NCBI RefSeq assembly: GCF_006345805.1
Contig: NC_042998.1
Span: 139,190,001 to 139,254,000, forward strand
Origin: Octopus sinensis
Lineage: Eukaryota
Reading direction: 5' to 3'
DNA length: 64,000 bases
Shown: piece after piece, positions 54,701-64,000 of the stretch
Numbering within the stretch: the stretch's first letter is position 1
Layout of the letters: each line of letters begins with the position of its first letter
Position numbers and translations under genes: made by a program
Notes under the pieces: generated by a model
What the model was told of the DNA's origin: nothing
Database searches by the model: none
The model's input: the letters and a program-made list of their open reading frames with translations, nothing else

Positions 54701-55226
54701 TTGTTGGATGCATGATGTGTAAATTTATGATGAAGCACAAATGAGCTGAGAGAAAAAAAAATGTCAGGTATAATAGGAATCAGATGTGGTGTGCAAGAGA
54801 AAAGACAGCTCTGCTGCTGTGTATGTCATGTTATTTTTGGTGGGGTTTTTTCTCCAGCAAGATGCCCTTCTTCCTGTTAGCCAAACACTTTACAGCATGA
54901 AATTCTTACATTTTGTGTCACCAGCACTAGACAGTTTTTCCCCTACCTAACAAAACTAAATAGCCCCAGCTACTCTATGATGTGATTAAGATTAAATTAT
55001 ATTTTTAAAAATCCCAACTACATGCCAAGCAGATACAGAAAAAATATATCAAATTATATGTTAATCTTTAAGCACAACAACAATTTACTGTCAAGATGTC
55101 CAAGGCACCACACAGTGGTTCCAAACCCCAAATCATATGGTTGGGAAGTGAGCTGCTTGAGCAGACACCTGTATTGGCATCTATCAATTTTACTAAAAAA
55201 AAAAAAAGAAGGTTCAGTTAACTTAC

Positions 55227-55280
55227 CTAGATGCAACCACTGATACCACAGGTGACTCAATCATGCTGTGACCACTATCA
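55227..55280 (-). CDS. FAM13A: FAM13-family coding exon, 54 nt: DSGHSMIESPVVSVVAS
   Basis: Strong acceptor ttattttctttttcag and donor AG|gtaagt. Only the phase-2 frame is open, and it continues the upstream exon. Confidence 0.85.
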
Positions 55281-56869
55281 CTGAAAAAGAAAATAAGTTG
55301 TCAATTTTCAGTTCACTTGTAATTATATCTGAAGGGAGGAAAATAACAGCAAAGCAACAATAATACTGAAAATATGACTCTTTAGAGACACTTCATTGTT
55401 GTAGCCATTTACTGTAAACAACATAAAAAAGCCAAATTTTCCAGAACCAAAACTAGAATTATTTTGATTGTTTTCGTTTTTGATAAAAACTTTTGTTGAC
55501 AAATTGAAAGAAAGGTTATTTTTTTACTGTTATTATTGTTTTTGTTTTTTGGAGGGGGGATTATTTTCTAACTTTGCTGACTTAAAATACAATTGAAGTA
55601 GACAAAGCAAGACCTTTCCCACACATCTTAGAAAAACCAGATTAAACTTTCACATAGAGAAAGAAAGAAACAAGCTAGAGAACACTCCTTGGTTATTTCT
55701 TCACAGAAAAACATTTGTTATGATGCCTATTATTACAATGGACATATTATTACAATGAACAATGCACACGCACACAGACAGACAGTCAGACACAAACACA
55801 GACACACACACTGCTTTATAATGAGTAGAAAAATTCTGTTTTTGTTCATTTTATGACATTGTCTAATAGTGGTTTCATGAAGTAGGACACAGTGCAGTGG
55901 TTACACAGGTATACCAGATCATCTTCGAATGATTGTTACCTGTGAAAGCTTGGTATTTTAATCAGGGAGAAATCAGTTTCATTCGCTTCATGAAAGCAAT
56001 GTTAAGCCATGAAAGCTACACTAAGGGTTGATACTTTTTTTTTAGGAAAACACTTATATTCACTCCCTTTTTGAATCGCATAAAAGGTGGCATCTTCAGT
56101 AACGTACCAATGTACAAGCTACTGAACAGTTAACAGAACGTTACTTATTAAAAGAAAGGGGTAATTTGAGAATGGCAAAAGAATCATGAAGAGGATGGAA
56201 GGAAATTTCAAAAAGAGTTGGGATGGAAACAAAAGAGATAGAAGGTAAAAATTAAAACAGTATTTGTTACTAAGATTTACCACCCTAGTCGATATGAAAT
56301 CTTAGATATTACACTGTTAGTCACGATTTTGAATCTTGCTCTTGATATCATAAAGTTATTTTTTTCCAGGAATTTAAACATCATCACCATCATTTTTACA
56401 TCCACTTTTCCATGCTTTCATGGGTCAGATGGAGTTTACCGAGACAGATTTTCTACAGCTGGATACCCTTCTTGTCTCCAATCTTCAAATGTTTATGAGC
56501 AAGACATCATTTCCCCATGGCCAGACATGTTTGTGCAGAATATTGGAAATGAATAGCATTCATTTCCAACACCCTAGTTGCTAGGCCATGCACCTTCACA
56601 AACACACACCTGCGCTTGCACGTATAAGATGGACTTCTTTCAATTTCCTCTGACAAAATTCATTTGCAAGGCTTTAGTCATCCCAAGCAAGTAGTAGAAG
56701 ACACGTTCCTATTTAAATATATAAATTTAAAAGAACCTTCCCATTCTCAAAAATGCTGAAGATAAAAAAATAAAGTAAATTCATTTTTAGTAAATGTTAC
56801 TCTGATAATAATAAGACATCACAAAACAGTACTTAATGATGACTGCTTGCAATTTGTTTCAATTATATT

Positions 56870-57554
56870 TTAAACCTTTTAGTACCAAACCATCTGAGAC
56901 TGCTCTAGGTTCCATGATACAAGCTTCTCATTTTCAAATGATGGAAATTAAATGTTACCATCAAAATTTCATGCCAATTTATGTTCTAAACACCAGATTA
57001 ATAATGCTTACAAATTTGGGCAGAGGGCCAGCAGATTCTGAAGAGAGGGAAAGTCAATTACATTGATCCCCAGTACTTCACTGGTAATTATTTCATCAAT
57101 TCTGAATGCATGAAAGGCAAAGTTGACCTCAGCAGAATTTGAACTCTGAACATAAAGACAAACAAAATGCTGCCAAGCATTTTGTCTGGCATGCTAATGA
57201 TTCTGCCAGCTTGCTGCCTTAACCCTTTAGCATTTAAACTGGCCATATCTGGCCCAAAGATTCTATCTGGTTTACTTTCAAACTGGCCAGATCCAGTCGC
57301 TCACACTTACCCTACAAGGTCATTCTAAAAATAAACAAACATATCGATACCTCAAAGCTATGACATAATGCATGATTAATTTTTATTTTTAGAAAACTGG
57401 AGTAAACATTACACTTGAGAGTAATTTGAATGTTAAAGTGTTAAACACCAGATTAATAATGACAAACATACTTCACTAAATTCCTTTAGCTATTTTCAAA
57501 ATTAATCAAAACAAAAGCAGTATATTTCAACAGAAATACTAATAAAAGGGTTAA
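56870..57554 (+). mobile_element. TTAA-type MITE family 2 carrying a nested SINE and a MITE-1 copy
   Basis: Ends (t)taaaccttttag...aaaagggttaa. A 20-bp duplication flanks the nested inserts. Related fragments lie at about 16270-16430, 20870-21235 and 42820-43120. Confidence 0.65.
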
Positions 57555-60504
57555 ATATGCAGACACGTGTGTACATATGTGCACACATGCACACACACAC
57601 AGAGGTTTACAATAGATTGCTGTCACATTGTTTTTTAAGCTTATCACTTACATCATTGATCTTCCTGATTCATAAACAGAAGCACTGCTACACTCACTTG
57701 CTTTCCCACATTTTCACTTCCCAGTAGATAAGCTATGCATGCATGGGTCAGACAGAATACATTGAGACAAATTTTTAGTAGCCGGATGCTCTTTTTGTCA
57801 CATCATCCGATTCCAACTAAGGCAATCTTTTCCCACAACATGACATGCTTACATACAAGATTGGAAATGAAGGACAACATTTGCATTACAGTGACTCTCG
57901 ACTATCATGCAACAGAAAGACAAGGAGATACATGCATGCACACACACACACACACACAATAGGCATTTTCAGTTTCTCTCTACCAAATCCACAAGAATTT
58001 GATTGGCCTGGGGCTATTGTAGAAGACCTGCCCAAAGTGCCACACAATCAGAATATTACTTGAAACTATGTAGTCAGGAAGTGAACTTCTGAAAACAGCT
58101 AGCCAATACCTTTCCCCTATAAATCTAAGGCAACATATCTCTGCAATAGTAGCATTATTTCAAAGCTGACTAGATCATATTTAAATCCCCTCAAAACTTA
58201 TTTTATATATTATACTTTAAACATGAGCAAACACTACCTGTTTTAACTGCCAAGCTGATCGCATGGGTGGGAAGCATTAGTAAAGCATGATCTAATAACT
58301 TTGTGCATGAATATGTAGTGTGTAAGGAAATGATATAATTTAGAGGGCCTTACAATTTTTATTATTCTAACACAGGCAGGCTGTGAGAAGAAGTTGCTTA
58401 ACTAATCCAAGCAGTAAATATCAAACAAATTCAGATTAGAGTAAGAGAATCTTGTTCATTGATGCTCAAGCCTCTTTTTTTATCTCCTCCTCTTTTCATG
58501 TGTCAAGCTGGCAGGTATTGGCAATCATAGATGTCCATGCCAAAGTCTGAAGATTTATGAATTTCCTTGGTTAAAAAAGAGAAGTGGCTTCTTGTTGCTT
58601 TCTACTGATTTACTTACAGTTTACTCTGCCAGTCCCCTACAACCCTAAGCTTATCCTTGAAGCACAAGGCCTATTTAACCTTTAAGGCAGGGAACTCATT
58701 TATGGGTCATCAAATCATGTCCCTAAACCAATGGACCAATGTGACGAATGTTTAGGTGGCCAACCCTCCTCTGAGTCCTACATGCCTTAACCACAGGACT
58801 ATCTTTTGCTATTTGATCCATATCTGGGGTCCTAACTGGTGACTAAGGGCTAACTCCATACTCCTCAAAGCCCTGAACACTCAAGATGGAGCCTCACAAC
58901 TAGATACTGTTTAATGCTTATGCTGCATCATTAAACTATGACAATTTAATAATTTACTTTAAAATAAAACAAAGAGAAAGACTAATTTTAATCCACATTG
59001 TTTTGCACAGACACTCATTTTAAAAGGTTATTTAGTGGCTACCAAGAATTTATTTTATGGACATCCATTTGTGACAATAAGACAGCTCTTAAGCATCATT
59101 TCATTTCAAAATCCTGAGAACTTTTTCTACAAAACCACAAAATGAATGCAGTATAGTATATAAGATATAATTTATATATCATGTGAATATATAACAGAGG
59201 CTTGGTCTAAAAATAGACTGTTCATAAAAGGAAAGTCACCACAAGATCTTTTTAGTGTAAAACTCCACAAGCATAAATTACAAAAGAAAACCCCCCAAAA
59301 TCATACAAGAAAGGAAAAGATAAGTCTTTTCAGATACGTATATGTGATTGGGGTTAAATAAGAAAAAGATTAAAAATGATTCTACAGTTGAATTTTAATT
59401 ATTATTGCTATGGAAATAGAAATAGATTTTCTCCTTTCTATACCTCTGCTCACGAAAGTAAAAAAATATGTACCAATCAAAATCATGTATTTTGTGATGG
59501 GAATGCCAGCTATCCCTGTGTGTTTGATTCATTGTGAATTTACTAATAGTAAGAAGACAACTTTATATTCATGGCCATAGGAATGCAATTAAACTAGTAC
59601 ACACACACAGATTATGGAAAAAGACTGAATAGAGAAGAAATTTTTTTGCAAACATTTGAGTTTTACAATCATCCATAACCTATAGGGTATTTTACAATAT
59701 TCATACATGTCATATAATTAAAGGTGTGAATAGTCAGCAGTTACTTAATAACGAAAATCTTATAACAACTTTGGCTTATTCAAAGGAATATAAATGAAAT
59801 CAGAGTTCAACCACTACAAAAGATCAAAGGGAGATGAATTGTTTGTGTATGAGCATTTTCAATGTCATTACACATGATAGAGCAAATAGTTTCATTTGTC
59901 ATACTAGCTAAACTTGATAACTATGGTATCAACTTTGATAAATGCTGTTGAGTGATATTAAAAAATATGTGAGTAGGCTTTGTATGTCTTGTCCTTGTAT
60001 GACTTAGATCCTCATTGATGTATTAGAGACACTGAAGAGATTAAGCATAGATGATCTGACCAAAATATATACCAAAGATTAGGTGACTTGAGTGAAAAAT
60101 CATGTTGTATTTTGTTCTTTATATTTCTGATAAGAGATTTGTGTTCTAATGGACCAAGTAACTCACAATTGAAACTGAAGCAACTGCATGGTGGAAGAGG
60201 CATTTAATAACATGTAAAACTTTTAAATTCACTTTAAATTTATATTTATTTGCATGGAAGGTCAAATTTTTTGCTGCACAACTGTGTTAGTGAACAGGTT
60301 GCAGCTGTGATGAAATTTTAGCAGCAGTGGAACAACATCTATGTTTCAAGTATTTTAGAAGTGTATTTTAGTATATCAAGTATCTCAGTATGCAAAATAT
60401 ATAAAATGATTGTTATATGAAAGTTCATCATAAGAATGCTAAGATTTTCTGTATGTATGTATGTGTGTGTGTGTGTGTATATAAATACACACACACACAC
60501 ACAC

Positions 60505-61570
60505 ACGGTGTTCAGGCTAAATTTGGTGATTTTACTTATATTCGCTTTTTTTCAGGAACCTGATGTATTGGTGAACAGTCAACAGCATTGGAGAGCATAA
60601 AGATTTAAGTTGTTCTTGAGAAAAAGTTAGCTGACATGGAGGATTGGAGGTCATCTGAATATTGAAAGAGAGTCACCTGTATCATGATGTTCGCAATGGG
60701 TATCAAAATTACAAACATCATGACTGCTGCTCAGTGCTCTGTGAACACTGTAAAGGCTGCAAGACATGACATGGATAGCTTCACTGGAAACTACAAAAGC
60801 ATGGCCAGTGGGAAGGAACACAGCAGGCATTCTGACTGCATCAGCACACCATAATTCATCCAACACTGCTGCACAAGGTGATAGAAGATCCATGCAAGAG
60901 AAGCCAGACTGTGGCAAGAAAGATGGTGTTGGAATCACCACCATGAAACTGGCCTTGAATGAGAACCTTCACTACCATTCATACAAGAGGTACAAGGAAC
61001 AAATTCTGACAGCCAAGGCTAAGGAGAAATACTTGAAAAGGCAAATATGCTCCTGAACAAGCTGAAGTATCCTGTTGAGCTGGGGATGATCTGGTTCTTC
61101 TCAGATGAAAAGAATATCTGCCTGGACCAATTGCACAACATCCAGCACACAGGTGTCTTTGCCTACAATCCATGTGATATACCACATATCATGAAAACCA
61201 AGTTCCCCACAAACTGTGATGGTCTTTGGGTGTGACTCCAGATAGGGAGATGTCATGCCACCCCACATCATTGAACAGAGCCATAGGTTCAATTCGGACA
61301 GCTACATGAAGCTTTAGGAGACTGTAGTTAAACCATGGCTGGAGAGGGTTGCTACTGGAAAGCCATGTGTGTAGCAGCAGGATTTGGTTACTTGCCATAC
61401 CTCCAAAAAGAGTTAGAAATGATCGTTGAGAAATTTCTATAAGTTCACCAGCCCCAATTTCTGACCTCCTAATTCCCCTGATTGTAGTCTTTCAGTTGAG
61501 AAAGCTACCAACCACTCTGTCTGCAACACCAAGGAAATTTTCAAAGATCTTCCCAGAGACACAGTGAGGA
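60505..61570 (+). mobile_element. Second defective maT/Tc1-like transposon, right end not identified
   Basis: WFFSDEKN, MKTKFP, GDVMPPH, TVVKPWLERVA, QQD..CHTSK and PPNSPD motifs, with stops and frameshifts. Confidence 0.85.
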
Positions 61571-63433
61571 ATCAGGTAAGGCTTGGTAATAAGCAGAGCA
61601 TCCAGCCATGAAATCTTGCCCCAAACAGATCTCCATCTAACTTATTCAGCAATATGAAACAAGTTTCATATTTAAACATTCCTAGTTATATAGCAAGGAG
61701 ACAGATAATAGTTAATGTATATAAAGGATGAGGTTGACAAAAAGTTGGTAGATGTTAGTGTTGGAAAGAATATTTCACAGTACTTGTTCCCACTCTGAGT
61801 TCAAATCTTACTGAGGTCATCTTTGACTTTCATCCTTTCAACGGGTCAATAAAAAAGAATCAATCCTGGACTGTGGACTGGTAGAACTGTTAGAGAAGTA
61901 GTGGGTGAGATGTCTTACAGTAGCTGTTATAGCTTTTTGTGTTCTGACGCTGGTGCAAAGCTCTTTCAGCCCAAGTCAACAGTTTTTACTCTGGGTAAAT
62001 ATCAGTGGCATGAAGAAACTTACAAGCATAGTCAACTGTCAGTCTCCTTGAAAAAGTCTTGCCTGGGCCTGCACATACATGCACATATAGGTGCATGGTC
62101 AATATTGCCTGGCAGAGGTTTTACATTATTTTACATAATTATGAACTTCTGTTAAATCAACTCAAAATATAGCTTACTAAGTCAATATTTAAGAATAAAA
62201 ACTAATGCAAACTGTCCATAAAATTAAAAATAGTAAAAAAAAACAATACTCATTTATGATTTTGTTATATACCATTCAATAACATCAGACAATAACAATG
62301 AAAAGCTAAACTGGGATATGTGGGGGTTCTTTTTATCAATAATGGAATATATAATCTAGAAAAAAAAAGAAGAAAAACTTAAGAAATAATAAGTAGACAC
62401 CAAATTTAGAAAGAGATTACAAACTAAATATTGTCACTGACAGAAAAACAGTGAGGTAAAATGGTAAATTATAGGGGTATGGAAGTAGTTTAAAAATATA
62501 GGTCAATAGCTATATCTTAGTTGGAAGAAAGCCAATTGGGGTAGAAAATAATAGATTGCGTAGTGTTGTAGCTGGCTTCAGGACAAACATCTAACAATAG
62601 ATATTATAGAAGTTGTGTATTATGCATGACAGAATAGAAATATATCAAACATTAAAAGTTGGAAATATATTAGAAATTCAATCAATTCTTTATCTCATTT
62701 ATTGAAATTTCTGAATATTTCCTAATAACAATTGCTTATGTCATGGTAGGAAAAGAAATGTATAAGAGATTGCTGAAAGAATGGTAATTAATAGCAGCTG
62801 AAGGAAAAGAAGATCAAAATAGATTCTTATTGAAGTGAACAGATCCCAGAATATGAATAAACTAACACTAGACTTATATGTTAAAAACAAAATGTAGTGG
62901 TATGTAAGAAGCAGTGGCAGATTTGATGTTATTTAACAATATTTGTATTATTTTTAATTTGACAGGGAAGGGGTGGGGGCACATGCACACATGATTTTTA
63001 TGAATTAGCAACTGATTGTATTTTATTGTTAACAATTAAATAATTAATAGTTCAGAATGGAAGACTGACAAAATCAGAAGAACGGCAAGTAAAATGTTCT
63101 GCTGTCTTTTAAGTTATTCATTATTCTCAGTTTGAATCATACCAAAGTCAGCTCTGGTCTTTTACTTTTCCAATGTTGATAAAATAAGCATGAGGGAGGG
63201 GAGTGGGTTGGTAAGTGTAAAAAGAGAGAGGGTGGCAGGGATTAATTATAACCATTTTCTAAAATGAAGTTTTGTACTTATCTTAGTATCTTTGAAATAA
63301 AAAAAATACAAGCAAACTGTTATAAAATGCATTAAAAGAGAAAAAGCAGAATCACATTCCTATAGGAGTGGGGCATAAGAAAAATAATAAAAAATTTTTA
63401 AAAAAGCAGATTATTTCTTGTTTTATAACTCAC

Positions 63434-63699
63434 CTCTCAACAGTAAATGGAGACATCCGTCCAGAAAGGTCTTCATCACTAAGACGAGGATTGTAGAATG
63501 ACAAGGCCAAATTTTGACTATGACATGATTGGTGGTGGGAAGTGGGTCCAGGTAAAAGAACTGAAGATGTCTGTGTCATTGACGTGGTCAGCTGAGAAGT
63601 AGCATTGTTACTGATGTTACTGCAACTCGGTTGGGGTGAATCTTTTATGTTACTCTGATCAGCGTGTAATGTATTCTCACAGTCACATTGCTGTTTGTT
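63434..63699 (-). CDS. FAM13A: FAM13-family gene coding exon (first in window): NKQQCDCENTL...SGRMSPFTVE(S)
   Basis: Acceptor ...ttttgtgtccttcaag, with an alternative in-frame acceptor 9 nt downstream (exon start 63690). Donor AG|gtgagt. Open Ser/Thr/Gln-rich frame; the phase-2 end matches the next exon. Confidence 0.8.
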
Positions 63700-64000
63700 C
63701 TTGAAGGACACAAAAATAAGAAATTTTTTATTAAACATCAGCAAAGTGGTTCACACAGGCTATAAATAGAGTGGGGAAAATGTTGATCATTTGAAAGAGT
63801 TAGGTGAAAAATAATACCGCAAAATAGCCAGAAATTAAAAAAGAATAGCAATGCATTTTAAAGAAAAGTAAAAAGTATACATCGTATTTTACAGATAAAC
63901 TAAAGCTACAGAGGTCATCATTCTTTAACTCTATGCTTTATGACATTCAATATGTCTTCACAGTATATATGCATAGCTACACTCCTTGAAAGTTCTGTAA

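Overview
AT-rich animal genomic DNA, most likely an octopus or other coleoid cephalopod. That is inferred from the dense (CA)n/(TA)n/(AAT)n microsatellites and the SINE, mariner, RTE and Penelope repeat types. The whole window lies inside one large minus-strand gene of the FAM13 family (FAM13A/FAM13B-like). I reconstructed 10 coding exons from GT-AG sites and reading-frame phase. They carry FAM13-like motifs (VPPLDL, DPIP, DEAPLSP, TDIPPSPP); the start and end of the gene lie outside the window. One intron (41166-55226) has a phase mismatch that requires an extra exon, and the best candidates are microexons of 17 nt or 5 nt. The introns contain two full-length dead mariners, two maT/Tc1-like elements, Tigger, RTE, R4/Dong, Penelope-like and Helentron-like relics, TTAA-flanked MITEs and many SINEs. 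Leads worth a second look: (1) oppositely oriented tandem SINE arrays tightly flank a 987-nt five-exon block that would circularise into a stop-free ORF with an ATG formed at the back-splice junction; (2) a minimal hammerhead-ribozyme motif with an intact core lies on the pre-mRNA strand, with several decayed copies elsewhere; (3) the frame-restoring microexons. Nearly all listed ORFs outside these exons and transposon relics are spurious. All calls were made by eye, with no database search.
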